In this document: one piece after another, positions 17,870 through 26,393 of the stretch
Layout: every line of letters starts with the position of its first letter
Numbering within the stretch: position 1 is the first letter of the stretch
Origin: a phage
Length of the DNA stretch: 43,596 nucleotides
Strand: one strand, 5' to 3'
Sequence record: PX871048.2
Position numbers and translations under genes: made by a program
The notes under the pieces: model-generated
The model's database searches: none
The model's input: the letters and a program-made list of their open reading frames with translations, nothing else
What the model was told of the DNA's origin: nothing

Positions 17870-20137
17870 CTATTCCAAATCCTCCTCTGTCACTATCAGC
17901 ATTTCATTCGGCTCGTATATTGTCTTCGGAATCTTGTTATCCGTTATCCTGGTATTAAGCCTGTAACGACCAGGGATTATCTGATTGTTTTCGTCAGTAC
18001 CCGGAACAAGATACCCGGCCTCGACCATTTTCTTAATCTTCCCTCGCTCTATGGCTTCTTTGGAGTTAAACGCCTTCGCATTGGGGTCGGACTGTGCGAG
18101 CTTATTTGCGGCGGCTACCGTGATACCTTCGTTGCCGTTGTAGGTTCCTTCCGCCAGTTCAAACGCGGCCAGTATCGTGGCCTCGGAACTGTTGACGGCG
18201 TTCTCTACGGTTTTACGTACGTTTTCTTTACCTTCCTTTGTTAGCCCTTCTTCGCGCTCTTTTTCCTCGTCGGTTTTGAACGGTTCGAAACCCCACGGCA
18301 TCAGCACAAGCGCCTTGTGTGGTTCAGGCAGGTCGAGGTTTACTATTGTGCCGTATTCCTCTGTGCTACCGAGGAACTCAACAGCGCGGTACTCTTTCGG
18401 CGGCGGCGCTTCACGGAACTGTACCGACTCAAGCACCATACCAACCGTCTTCTGTTGAGGCCCGTGCTTAAATTTCGAGTGGTATACGTTTATCTGGCGG
18501 TCGGTCGCGCGTTCAATTGTCAGTTCCACGTCGACGCCAGCATACAGCGCCCCACTACCACGGGCTTTCTTTCCACCCTTCGGCGTATGGTGAACAACGC
18601 CTACCGCGGCTTTAGTCGCGTCACGCACTTCTTTCAGGATGGCGATAACTTTACCCATGCCGATTGCCGTTGATGAGCTGTTCTCGTCGAACTTATCAAT
18701 AGTCAGTGCCAGGGTCTGGTTGAGGGTGTCAAACGCGACCATGCCAATTGGCTCGTCGCCAGCAGTTTCGCGCATTAACTTAATCAGGCTCTTCAGTTTG
18801 CCGACTTCGCCCATATCGATGACATGTACGTAATCTTTACCCTCTGCGCCGTATTTAGCAGCGAGCGCGTCAATACGTGTACGTGTGGCCGCGCCGCCCT
18901 CACCGTCGATATAGAAGTGGTGGCAACGCTGCGTATCAGCTCCCGCAAACCGGTATCCTGCGGCGCTAAGGTACATCATCCCCAGTGTATAAAACGATTT
19001 GTACGTGCCAGATTCCCCGACGATATCCCAGATACAATCTGATGGCATGTACCCTTCAACGACGAAATCAGCCTTTACCGGTTCCGGTAACTCATCCTCC
19101 TCTGAGTCCTCGTCGTCTTCCAGGTCGTCGAGGCTGCATGAAACTGATTCACGCGCGCCCCAGCCAATTGCCTCAGCGACTTCACTGAACGGCAGCCCAG
19201 TCGCATCGCACGCATACTTCCACACCTCTTTCGGTGACATGCCTTCGGTTGCCGTAATGTCGGTGTCGTGAATCATGGTTACGTTAGGCGCTTCATATCC
19301 TTCGCGTGGGAAGCACAGCAGGAAGTCGTCCGGGCGCGGGGTAGGGTCACTGTAGTTTTCGGCGTGTTCTGGTGTGGCTGGCATTTTCAGGCCGCGGGGC
19401 GTCAGGACTCCGCCGTACTCGAACGCCAGTGCTTCGAACGCATCAGTAAACGCTGTGCGCAGTTCTTCCGGTATCTGGTAGTCAGATGCGCTGCTCACCT
19501 CGTAATCCGGGGTGCCTTCCAGTAACTCGTCCGGGTCAATCAGGTCGTTGCGGCGCGACCAGATAACGGTAGCGCCGACAGGAGGCAGGTACATCGGCTG
19601 GGACAGGGTAAAACCGCTGCGGTCGGCGCCCATGCCCTTGAAGAAGTGCTCCAGCAGACCGTGGCGGACGCGGATGATATCACCGCCTTCTACCGGGCGC
19701 GCCAGCGGCATGACGACACGGAAACGCGGCGATTCGTCAGTGTGCGATGCCGTAGTGTACAGGCACAACGCTACACGACTGCGCTTAACCAGACGCACAG
19801 CCTCCTGATACTCTTCCGGTGTTGCGCTGTCGAAGTCCAGATACGCCAGCGACGATTCGCTTACAGACGCGTCACAACGGTAGAAGAAGCCTTTACGCGC
19901 TTGCTTAAAGTCACCGGTTTCCGGGTCTTTTACGGTGCTGTGCGTTGAGTCGCACGCGGCGGTAATGTAGCCCGGCGCGGTCTTTGGGTTAATCCCGTCA
20001 CGAACAGCATCTAGCGGCTGGATTAACTCTTTCAGGTCGTCCAGTGTTGCCGTGTGCGTGGTTCTGACGTTTATATCCTTTTTCTCCGCCCGCGCGTTGC
20101 GACGAGACCATGAATAGGATAAAATTACATCGGACAT
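17870..20137 (-). CDS. DNA primase / replicative helicase (primase-polymerase-like N-terminus, RecA-like ATPase C-terminus)
   Basis: 755 aa; Walker A-like GESGTYKS; RBS GAAGGAA. Confidence 0.65.
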   Translation of the reverse strand: MSDVILSYSWSRRNARAEKKDINVRTTHTATLDDLKELIQPLDAVRDGINPKTAPGYITAACDSTHSTVKDPETGDFKQARKGFFYRCDASVSESSLAYLDFDSATPEEYQEAVRLVKRSRVALCLYTTASHTDESPRFRVVMPLARPVEGGDIIRVRHGLLEHFFKGMGADRSGFTLSQPMYLPPVGATVIWSRRNDLIDPDELLEGTPDYEVSSASDYQIPEELRTAFTDAFEALAFEYGGVLTPRGLKMPATPEHAENYSDPTPRPDDFLLCFPREGYEAPNVTMIHDTDITATEGMSPKEVWKYACDATGLPFSEVAEAIGWGARESVSCSLDDLEDDEDSEEDELPEPVKADFVVEGYMPSDCIWDIVGESGTYKSFYTLGMMYLSAAGYRFAGADTQRCHHFYIDGEGGAATRTRIDALAAKYGAEGKDYVHVIDMGEVGKLKSLIKLMRETAGDEPIGMVAFDTLNQTLALTIDKFDENSSSTAIGMGKVIAILKEVRDATKAAVGVVHHTPKGGKKARGSGALYAGVDVELTIERATDRQINVYHSKFKHGPQQKTVGMVLESVQFREAPPPKEYRAVEFLGSTEEYGTIVNLDLPEPHKALVLMPWGFEPFKTDEEKEREEGLTKEGKENVRKTVENAVNSSEATILAAFELAEGTYNGNEGITVAAANKLAQSDPNAKAFNSKEAIERGKIKKMVEAGYLVPGTDENNQIIPGRYRLNTRITDNKIPKTIYEPNEMLIVTEEDLE

Positions 20138-20195
20138 GTGTATATTCCTTCAGCAAGTAATTTAGCCTCGGCGTTCACCGCGTCGGGGCTTTCTT

Positions 20196-20486
20196 TTAAC
20201 GTTTAGCCAGACATTCCATTAAATGTGAATATTTTCTGTAATAGCAAGGAACTAAATCACACCCAAAATAATGATAAACATAAGCCAAGTGGTCAGTAAC
20301 ATCTATAGCGGCTGACATTGTGCTAAGACGGCGAAGGCTAATCAACTGTAATTCTTCCGTAATGCAAAATGGTTCATACGTATCAAGTTTGCAAGAAACG
20401 TTAAAACACAGAGCATAGCCGTCTTGTGCGGAGTAGACCAGAAATGCGCTGTCGTTCTCTTTATCGTGAAAAATTACACCTTTCAT
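20196..20486 (-). CDS. hypothetical protein
   Basis: 96-aa ORF, ATGA-coupled to upstream HTH gene. Confidence 0.45.
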   Translation of the reverse strand: MKGVIFHDKENDSAFLVYSAQDGYALCFNVSCKLDTYEPFCITEELQLISLRRLSTMSAAIDVTDHLAYVYHYFGCDLVPCYYRKYSHLMECLAKR

Positions 20487-20653
20487 TTCACATTCTCCTT
20501 AACCCACGCTTCTACTTTATTTCGGTCAAACGTACCCGGCATACGGCGGCCCATTACTTTAACGCTGCAATCAGGAAACTTCCCGCTTTTAATCCAGTTA
20601 TTTATTGTCTGACGAGTAACTCCGATTAATTCTGCAACCTCGTTTATAGTCAT
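20483..20653 (-). CDS. AlpA/excisionase-like HTH DNA-binding protein
   Basis: MTINEVAELIGVTRQTINNWIKSGKFP; start set at ATG 20653 with AGGAG RBS (track start 20743 rejected). Confidence 0.55.
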   Translation of the reverse strand: MTINEVAELIGVTRQTINNWIKSGKFPDCSVKVMGRRMPGTFDRNKVEAWVKENVK

Positions 20654-20758
20654 TTCACGATCTCCTGTGTAAGATGTAGTGAAGTATAAAGCGGTAACTT
20701 TGTAAAAGCAACCAAAACAACACACAAAGCCACTAAGATACAAAAGATGCTACTGGGA

Positions 20759-20787
20759 TTGACTTTTACTTAAAAATGTGCTAAGCT
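20759..20787 (+). promoter_or_regulatory. promoter TTGACT-17-TGnTAAGCT (extended -10) driving structured element A
   Basis: same hexamers, spacing and TGn as the promoter at about 33037-33065. Confidence 0.45.
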
Positions 20788-20891
20788 TCACTGAGCTTGT
20801 GAGATATCGCAAGCGACCGCGGAGCGGCAGGGAACGCAACGCGTGCCATTAGGCACTTGAGTGTAGTTCCGCTGGCGCTTTCGGAAGGGCC
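20782..20891 (+). ncRNA. candidate structured RNA element A (paralog of 33060-33168)
   Basis: about 75 percent identical to copy B with conserved blocks GAGCTTGTGA, AAGCGACCGCGG, TTCGGAAGGGCC and a covarying hairpin GTGCC-ATTA-GGCAC vs GGAC-GTAA-GTCC; no ORF. Confidence 0.35.
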
Positions 20892-21066
20892 AAAGTCTAT
20901 TGTTAATCCCGCCTAAATACCCAAGTCACTGATAATTAAAGTTTCTATAGTTGCCGTAAGCGAGGTAGAGAGTACTTCACTCCGCTGTGGTGGGCTAACG
21001 CCCACCCACTGCGTTGCGTACTCTTTTAAGAAACGAAAGAATCACAACGGCAACGTAACTATTCTC

Positions 21067-21095
21067 TTGCACACCCCAACATAATAGGATACTAT
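21067..21095 (+). promoter_or_regulatory. sigma70-type promoter, class I (TTGCAC-17-TACTAT) with AATAG-N4-CTATT palindrome over -10
   Basis: TTGCAC ACCCCAACATAATAGGA TACTAT; identical 33-mer at 42676-42707 on minus. Confidence 0.65.
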
Positions 21096-21129
21096 TCACT
21101 TATCGAAACGAGACAGAGGAGTGAGGGTT

Positions 21130-21321
21130 ATGTTTAAAAAGGGTCAGTTGGTTAAAAGTGCCGACGGTAAACACGGCATAATTGAATTAAAATCATCTTT
21201 ATTTCCCGGGCAGTACGTAGTGACTGTGCAAAAGGTGAGAGGTGTAAATTCGAAAACATACGTAGCAGAGAGGAACTTAGAACTCATCGGCAACAATTTT
21301 AAATTCAAAGGGGCGAAGTGA
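21130..21321 (+). CDS. hypothetical early protein
   Basis: ATG with GAGGAG RBS; 63 aa. Confidence 0.5.
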   Translation: MFKKGQLVKSADGKHGIIELKSSLFPGQYVVTVQKVRGVNSKTYVAERNLELIGNNFKFKGAK

Positions 21322-21521
21322 TGGAAGAATTATTTGAAGAACTGAAACATCATAAACTGGAGAAAGTACATTTCCAGGTAAACAGGTACGAGGTTGTTAT
21401 TTTAGATGGAAAAACAATTATCACAGATTCTGCCAGGAGAATGCTTCATATTCTACGCTTCATACGAACGGCATCGAATCATGATGCTCGTGCCTACGAC
21501 TCTGAGGGAGGTTGCCGTTAA
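21321..21521 (+). CDS. hypothetical early protein
   Basis: ORF in track, start ATG 21321. Confidence 0.45.
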   Translation: MEELFEELKHHKLEKVHFQVNRYEVVILDGKTIITDSARRMLHILRFIRTASNHDARAYDSEGGCR

Positions 21522-21712
21522 TGAGAATTCGTATAACTGATGTTGATTATGTTCCGCCGCCGGATTATGGCGACCCTTCGTTACGTGACTTCGGTATCTC
21601 AGTCGGAGATGAGTTCGAGGTCACATTCAGTAATGTTTATGGTCACCTAGTTGAACACCGTGGCGAGGAACTGTTAATACGCGACCGTGAATGCGAAGTT
21701 CTGGAGGACTAA
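21521..21712 (+). CDS. hypothetical early protein
   Basis: ATG 21521 with GGAGGGAGG RBS. Confidence 0.5.
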   Translation: MRIRITDVDYVPPPDYGDPSLRDFGISVGDEFEVTFSNVYGHLVEHRGEELLIRDRECEVLED

Positions 21713-21715
21713 GTT

Positions 21716-21859
21716 ATGAGAGAAGCATTCGAACGGTGGGCGGTAGTCGAGGGTCTGCCGGTTAACAAGGGTTCAAAGAAAGAGTACCTGAATGTTAAGA
21801 CGCGTCTCGCGTGGCGGGCGTGGAAAGCTGGTGTTTTGTTTATCGCGAATCAGAGGTGA
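21716..21859 (+). CDS. hypothetical protein (47 aa)
   Basis: tight spacing between flanking genes; below track cutoff. Confidence 0.35.
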   Translation: MREAFERWAVVEGLPVNKGSKKEYLNVKTRLAWRAWKAGVLFIANQR

Positions 21860-21862
21860 GAT

Positions 21863-22057
21863 ATGAGCGAGTGGGTTAAGTGTAGTGAGCGGATGCCGAT
21901 GGCGTGCCGTGACGTAATAATAACCGACATGGATATGGTTTCCAGAGTGGCATGGTTCAACGATAGAAATGACGCCTGGTATGTCACAGGGGTTGGGTGG
22001 TTTTCACGTGATGAAGTGACGCACTGGATGCCGTTACCAGAGCCGCCTGATGTGTGA
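21863..22057 (+). CDS. DUF551-like phage protein
   Basis: ERMP..VTHWMPLPEPP C-terminal signature; from memory. Confidence 0.55.
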   Translation: MSEWVKCSERMPMACRDVIITDMDMVSRVAWFNDRNDAWYVTGVGWFSRDEVTHWMPLPEPPDV

Positions 22058-22099
22058 TGTTATATTGTAACAATAGTTTGGGATTTTACTGAGTGACTT

Positions 22100-22130
22100 A
22101 CGCTGCTACACAGCAGCGTATCATTTTTCT
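22100..22130 (+). terminator. rho-independent terminator (ACGCTGCT-ACAC-AGCAGCGT plus T-run)
   Basis: 8-bp stem then TCATTTTTCTCATTTTT. Confidence 0.6.
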
Positions 22131-22190
22131 CATTTTTGTTCTATTTCACCAAACGCAACAATCGAAGCGACTATTGCAGGAGATGCAATA

Positions 22191-22364
22191 ATGGTTACTA
22201 AAGAACAGGCCGAACGACTAATCACGTTAATCGACACGATGATTGATGTGAAAACCGATTCAGCAACGGCAACAGAGGAATCCAGTACCTGGTCGCTTGA
22301 AGAAAGAGAAGCAGAAGCGGAGCGCGAGTTACAGGCGTTCATCGATTCAATAACACACCAATAA
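22191..22364 (+). CDS. hypothetical protein (57 aa)
   Basis: AGGAG RBS 6 nt upstream of ATG; replaces spurious antisense track ORF 22130..22381. Confidence 0.4.
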   Translation: MVTKEQAERLITLIDTMIDVKTDSATATEESSTWSLEEREAEAERELQAFIDSITHQ

Positions 22365-22371
22365 AATTTAC

Positions 22372-22400
22372 TTGCACACACAGATATAATAGACTACTAT
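22372..22400 (+). promoter_or_regulatory. sigma70-type promoter, class I (TTGCAC-17-TACTAT) with palindrome
   Basis: TTGCAC ACACAGATATAATAGAC TACTAT; leader begins ATCGAAACGAGAGGAG. Confidence 0.65.
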
Positions 22401-22429
22401 TCAGTTATCGAAACGAGAGGAGAGAGAAG

Positions 22430-22567
22430 ATGGGCTGGTACGGTAGCTGGGCATTAGGTGAACTGGTAGACGCTTACGAAATAATGGGTAGCACTTCGGT
22501 GTGCGACGGTGACACTAAATCGCTGCTAGTCGGGGTCGATGAGAAAAGGGGTGAAGACGATGAATAA
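22430..22567 (+). CDS. hypothetical protein (45 aa)
   Basis: first ORF after promoter, RBS GAGGAGAG. Confidence 0.4.
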   Translation: MGWYGSWALGELVDAYEIMGSTSVCDGDTKSLLVGVDEKRGEDDE

Positions 22568-22715
22568 TTTCGTGGTGCAAGCAATGTACGCTGAGGAAAT
22601 GGCAAAAAGTATGTTAGAGCAAACATTACATTTCGCTAAGCTGCAAGGGTTCGACGTACAGACAGTAGGCGACGAAATAGTATTGACCGAGAAGTCGGAG
22701 AACGGCGATGAGTAA
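22560..22715 (+). CDS. hypothetical protein (51 aa)
   Basis: overlaps neighbours by 8 nt each side. Confidence 0.35.
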   Translation: MNNFVVQAMYAEEMAKSMLEQTLHFAKLQGFDVQTVGDEIVLTEKSENGDE

Positions 22716-23184
22716 CAACGACGCAGTAATCGAGTTCCTGCTTAACCAACTACGGCAGCAGTTAACTAACAACCCGTACAAGCAACAGTGCGAAGACCTG
22801 GCGCATGAGGTGCTGTCACTTAAGAATCAGTTACGTGACGCGTCGGAGCTGGTGGCTGAGTTACAGAGCGAGTTACAACATCAGATTGACCTGGCGGCAG
22901 GCGTGTATAGATGGTCTACCGCGCATTTCGACGAGAAAGGTAAAGTCTTCAAGGTCGAGAGTGGGGTTAAGACAGAGCAATCCGGTTGCCGGAAGGAAGA
23001 TACCCAGGGATGCGAGCATGATTGGGTGCTAGATGAAAAAGGGGACTACTTCATTTGCGCTAAATGCGGTAAGCAAGAATCGGAATTGAGCGATTGCCAA
23101 CACGCTAATACCGTCGGTTTGCGCAAAGGCTTTGCGCCGGGTTTTACTAAAAAGTGTCTTGATTGCGGGGCTAAACTGAAATGA
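22708..23184 (+). CDS. zinc-ribbon protein (two CxxC pairs)
   Basis: 158 aa; CAKCG..CLDCG. Confidence 0.5.
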   Translation: MSNNDAVIEFLLNQLRQQLTNNPYKQQCEDLAHEVLSLKNQLRDASELVAELQSELQHQIDLAAGVYRWSTAHFDEKGKVFKVESGVKTEQSGCRKEDTQGCEHDWVLDEKGDYFICAKCGKQESELSDCQHANTVGLRKGFAPGFTKKCLDCGAKLK

Positions 23185-23384
23185 CCAGCATCTTATTTAT
23201 CTGGGTACTGTCCGCAGGCCAGATGCACCTGGCGGCATCAGAAACGTTTTACTCGATGGAGGCGTGCCAGTCAGCAGCACGCGCCGCAGAGAACGCGCAC
23301 TTTCTGTTTCAGGGCGATAAGCCCGACGATTCAGAGGTACGCGCTATCTGCTCACCTAAGCGACTTGGTAAACAGGAGAAGTGA
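23181..23384 (+). CDS. hypothetical protein with N-terminal hydrophobic segment
   Basis: 67 aa, ATGA overlap. Confidence 0.45.
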   Translation: MTSILFIWVLSAGQMHLAASETFYSMEACQSAARAAENAHFLFQGDKPDDSEVRAICSPKRLGKQEK

Positions 23385-23386
23385 TT

Positions 23387-23659
23387 ATGGTACAGAGATA
23401 CGATTTAAAAGAAGACTGTGTTACAGGGCATATTGACTTAGAGAAAGACGCAGACGGTGACTGGGTGCGTTATGGGGACTACAAGGAACTGGACGGCAGT
23501 TTCCAGGACTACATAACCGCTACGGACATGGAAATCGAGGGGCTTGTGTCAAGACTGGCAGAAGTAAACGCTGAGTTACAGAAATACAAAGACCAGTTCC
23601 CGGATTACGTCGAGTGCGCGAACTGTGGGTCAATTACACATGTGGAAGGGGTGGTGTGA
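23387..23659 (+). CDS. hypothetical protein (MVQRY paralog 1)
   Basis: start ATG 23387 after GGAGAAG RBS. Confidence 0.5.
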   Translation: MVQRYDLKEDCVTGHIDLEKDADGDWVRYGDYKELDGSFQDYITATDMEIEGLVSRLAEVNAELQKYKDQFPDYVECANCGSITHVEGVV

Positions 23660-23841
23660 TGGTACAGAGATATGAAGTTAGAGGGAGTGAAATTGGAAGT
23701 GGCGCGGATTGGGTCGCGGTCGTTACCTATGCGGATTACGTAAAACTTGAGCTTAAGTTACGTAGGCTTGCCAAACAGGTGATAGACCGCCAGTGCGACT
23801 GGAAGACGTATGAATTAGCGCGCGAGATTCTCGACCTATGA
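23659..23841 (+). CDS. hypothetical protein (MVQRY paralog 2)
   Basis: starts ATGGTACAGAGATA like the preceding gene; start moved to 23659. Confidence 0.45.
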   Translation: MVQRYEVRGSEIGSGADWVAVVTYADYVKLELKLRRLAKQVIDRQCDWKTYELAREILDL

Positions 23842-24131
23842 GCCTCGCAACTGACATCCTGAAACGAAGCGGCCTTACGCCGCTATCACCGAGAGCGAAC
23901 ACCCGGATATACAAGCGCCGCCGTAATTCGCTATACTCTGAGATTCAGGCCAGACGCAAAGCTGTCCGAGCCTGTGGATTCCAGAACGGGAAGGCCGTGA
24001 ACCTCGGTGAGTTTAAAACAAAGGAACGCGCCGCAATCGCTAATCGGCTATTTAATTACTGGAAATCGCTGGGGTACGATGATATTCCGACGAAACCGCA
24101 GAGACGGCAATACATCTGGAGACACAAATAA
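23838..24131 (+). CDS. basic protein, function unknown
   Basis: 97 aa, K/R-rich. Confidence 0.45.
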   Translation: MSLATDILKRSGLTPLSPRANTRIYKRRRNSLYSEIQARRKAVRACGFQNGKAVNLGEFKTKERAAIANRLFNYWKSLGYDDIPTKPQRRQYIWRHK

Positions 24132-24206
24132 ACCGTTATTAGGATAATTCCTACCCGTGGTATCCTCCAGTTACTGCATACTTAATACGCACCTGGAGGA
24201 TTCATC

Positions 24207-24515
24207 TTGGATAAATTTACTGAAACAGTGACAGGCTGGCTTCTGGCTGCCGCGCTAGCCGGAGGGGTAATCGGGCTACGACAACATAAGTCCGCTATTT
24301 CCGGCCCTATCGACGGATTCTGCTTTATCGCAACTGGCTTCACTTGCGCTGTATTTGGCGCACCTCTTGCCGCTCAATGGTTTGGAATCACGGGCGACCG
24401 TGAAATCGCTGGCCTGGGCTTCATTATCGCTATTCTCTGGATGCCTATCTATTCCCGTCTCTCCGGTATCGTTGCCGGAGAATACATCGCGCGTCGAGGA
24501 GGCACAGATGAATGA
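24207..24515 (+). CDS. putative holin (three predicted TM segments)
   Basis: TTG start after GGAGGA RBS; 102 aa; immediately upstream of endolysin. Confidence 0.55.
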   Translation: MDKFTETVTGWLLAAALAGGVIGLRQHKSAISGPIDGFCFIATGFTCAVFGAPLAAQWFGITGDREIAGLGFIIAILWMPIYSRLSGIVAGEYIARRGGTDE

Positions 24516-24780
24516 GTTATTCTGGTTCGGCGGTATGCTGGCAATCGGGGGTACATCGCTGTTTAATGTGTACCATCCCAGCGTTGATGACGGGCTGTTC
24601 GGCCGGGTGCTCTATATCCTGACTGCTATCGTCTGCGCCGCCGGATGTATCCACCTGTTACAGGGCAGCATGTCACCAACACTGCCCGAGACATTAATCA
24701 CATTAGTTGCGCTACGCCAGATTCGCCAGGCGTGGTTATCGTACGGAGGACATAAGCGTGTCTCGAAACATTTCAGATAA
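24508..24780 (+). CDS. putative second holin/antiholin (two TM segments)
   Basis: ATG 24508 after GAGGAGG; 90 aa membrane protein between holin and endolysin. Confidence 0.45.
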   Translation: MNELFWFGGMLAIGGTSLFNVYHPSVDDGLFGRVLYILTAIVCAAGCIHLLQGSMSPTLPETLITLVALRQIRQAWLSYGGHKRVSKHFR

Positions 24781-25243
24781 TGGATTGCATTTCACCGCTG
24801 CGTTCGAGGGATTCCGCGGGACTGCGTATCGTGCTACGCCTAACGAGAAGTACCTTACCATAGGCTACGGTAATTACGGCCCGCATGTTAAGGCGGGGCA
24901 AACCATCACGCCGGGGCAAGGCCTCCTGTTACTGAATCGCGATATGGCTAAGGCCGTAGCTGCGGTTGATGCAGCAGCGCACCATTCGCTTACACAGGCA
25001 CAGTTCGATGCAGTGTGCGACCTGGTGTATAACGCAGGTGCCGGCGTGATTGCCGCTACCACTGGTACGGGTAAGGCGCTGCGCACAGGCGATATTGCGA
25101 CGCTGCGGGCTAAGCTAGCGCTGTTCATAAACCAGAACGGCAAACCGCTACTCGGCTTGCGTCGCCGTACAGCCGGGAGACTGGCATTATTTGACGGTAA
25201 ACCGTGGCAAGAGGCTGAGGCTATTGGGAGGGCTGTTAAATGA
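24758..25243 (+). CDS. endolysin, GH24 phage lysozyme family
   Basis: FEGFRG..YLTIGYG and C-terminal LGLRRRTAGRLALF resemble T4/P22-type lysozymes; GTG start 24758 after GGAGGA. Confidence 0.7.
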   Translation: MSRNISDNGLHFTAAFEGFRGTAYRATPNEKYLTIGYGNYGPHVKAGQTITPGQGLLLLNRDMAKAVAAVDAAAHHSLTQAQFDAVCDLVYNAGAGVIAATTGTGKALRTGDIATLRAKLALFINQNGKPLLGLRRRTAGRLALFDGKPWQEAEAIGRAVK

Positions 25244-25370
25244 TGGACGAATATGAAGGCGTTTAGTAAACTTATCCCTACGCTGCTTGTGCTTGCATAC
25301 TAAGCCCCGGTAAACCTGAAGCAGCAGCCCAAGCGGTGGAGACTGCGTAGGGTTCAGGGGCTTATGACCG

Positions 25371-25402
25371 AAACCCGGACCGCGAATCCGGGTTTTATTT
25401 TA
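25371..25402 (+). terminator. rho-independent terminator (ACCCGGA..TCCGGGT plus TTTTATTTT)
   Basis: hairpin plus T-run after lysis genes. Confidence 0.7.
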
Positions 25403-25475
25403 CCAATTGACACCTAAGACTAATCCGACGATACTTAAATCACCTCCTGTTCTATCCCTCTGCTCTCCAGTTTTA

Positions 25476-25509
25476 TCCCGGCCCTGACCCAGCCGGGATT
25501 TTTTTTATC
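25476..25509 (+). terminator. second rho-independent terminator (CCCGGC..GCCGGG plus T9)
   Basis: tandem to previous terminator. Confidence 0.75.
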
Positions 25510-25528
25510 CATTTTCTGCTATGACTAG

Positions 25529-25557
25529 TTGACTATTACCCTCGACCCTATTATATT
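25529..25557 (+). promoter_or_regulatory. sigma70-type promoter TTGACT-17-TATATT
   Basis: consensus-like hexamers; leader begins ATCGACAACGAGA like the leaders at 21067 and 22372. Confidence 0.55.
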
Positions 25558-25590
25558 TACTCCATCGACAACGAGAACGGAGTAGAGAAG

Positions 25591-25668
25591 ATGAGTAACT
25601 TCCATAACGAACATGTGATGCAGTTCTACCGCAATAATCTGAAAACTAAAGGAGTGTTTGGAAAATGA
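25591..25668 (+). CDS. hypothetical peptide (25 aa)
   Basis: GGAG RBS; ATGA-coupled to next ORF. Confidence 0.3.
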   Translation: MSNFHNEHVMQFYRNNLKTKGVFGK

Positions 25669-25814
25669 AAATCACAGATATCGAAGCATTCAAAGACGCA
25701 CAACTGATGGCACGTATCGCCGTTAGTAACCTTAGTAGCAGTATCCCCGCTGACGCGTTCTGGTTCGCTGCGATGCAGACACTTAAAGCAGCATATGCAG
25801 GAGAGAAGAAATGA
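25665..25814 (+). CDS. hypothetical protein (49 aa)
   Basis: ATGA overlaps at both ends. Confidence 0.35.
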   Translation: MKITDIEAFKDAQLMARIAVSNLSSSIPADAFWFAAMQTLKAAYAGEKK

Positions 25815-26008
25815 AAGTTAAAGCAGCTAAAATTCTCTGGTTACCCGCCCTTGACTATGTGACAGAGGGTAAAGTGTATGACGTATACAACCCGAAAACT
25901 ACTGGTTTTGGTTATATAGTTGCCGATGACGGCTGTGATATTTACATAGACTTTGGTAGCGATGAAGGTGATGGTTTCCACGGCGTTAAATGGGAGATTG
26001 TCGAATGA
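25811..26008 (+). CDS. hypothetical protein
   Basis: 65-aa ORF in track. Confidence 0.45.
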   Translation: MKVKAAKILWLPALDYVTEGKVYDVYNPKTTGFGYIVADDGCDIYIDFGSDEGDGFHGVKWEIVE

Positions 26009-26160
26009 GCGAACAAACACCAATCAGCCAACCGTTACGAGTAGGCCGTAAAGTCAGTCACATCCCGTTCCCGACACGCGAGGAACTGATGAAACGTAAC
26101 AGTTTCCCGGGACCGGACAAGAACAAGTATCTCAATCGCATGTGGGGAGAGAAGAAATGA
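26005..26160 (+). CDS. hypothetical protein (51 aa)
   Basis: ATGA overlap with upstream and downstream genes. Confidence 0.35.
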   Translation: MSEQTPISQPLRVGRKVSHIPFPTREELMKRNSFPGPDKNKYLNRMWGEKK

Positions 26161-26393
26161 CTGACCGTGAATACGAAAAGATGATGGTAGAGGCTGTTAA
26201 CGGCGGCATAGACATCAGCCACGTGATGCACGTCCTGAATACTAAAATCGCTGTAGCGGAGCAAATGGTTGAGTCGCTTTATGAGACGCGCCGTGAACTG
26301 ATTAACCGCTTCAACCTAAATAAGGGGCGCGCTATTTCTGATGATTTCGATGGTGATTACCGAAATGGTGATTTTTATGAGGGAGCCGAATAA
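26157..26393 (+). CDS. hypothetical protein
   Basis: ATG 26157 (MTDREYEK) after GGGGAGAGAAG. Confidence 0.45.
   Translation: MTDREYEKMMVEAVNGGIDISHVMHVLNTKIAVAEQMVESLYETRRELINRFNLNKGRAISDDFDGDYRNGDFYEGAE

Noticed and set aside
18177-19948. Series of overlapping plus-strand ORFs inside the primase/helicase gene
   Set aside because: Antisense and mutually overlapping; no start context.
22130-22381. Minus-strand 83-aa ORF
   Set aside because: Would be transcribed against flanking + promoters and terminator; a + strand 57-codon ORF with AGGAG RBS (22191-22364) explains the region better.
24355-24757. Upstream track starts for the second holin (24355) and endolysin (24707)
   Set aside because: Internal ATG 24508 and GTG 24758 have proper RBS spacing and avoid long overlaps.
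25302-25362. tRNA-like structured region after the endolysin
   Set aside because: No acceptor/D/anticodon/T-arm cloverleaf or GTTC-type T-loop could be drawn; treated as a structured intergenic element only.
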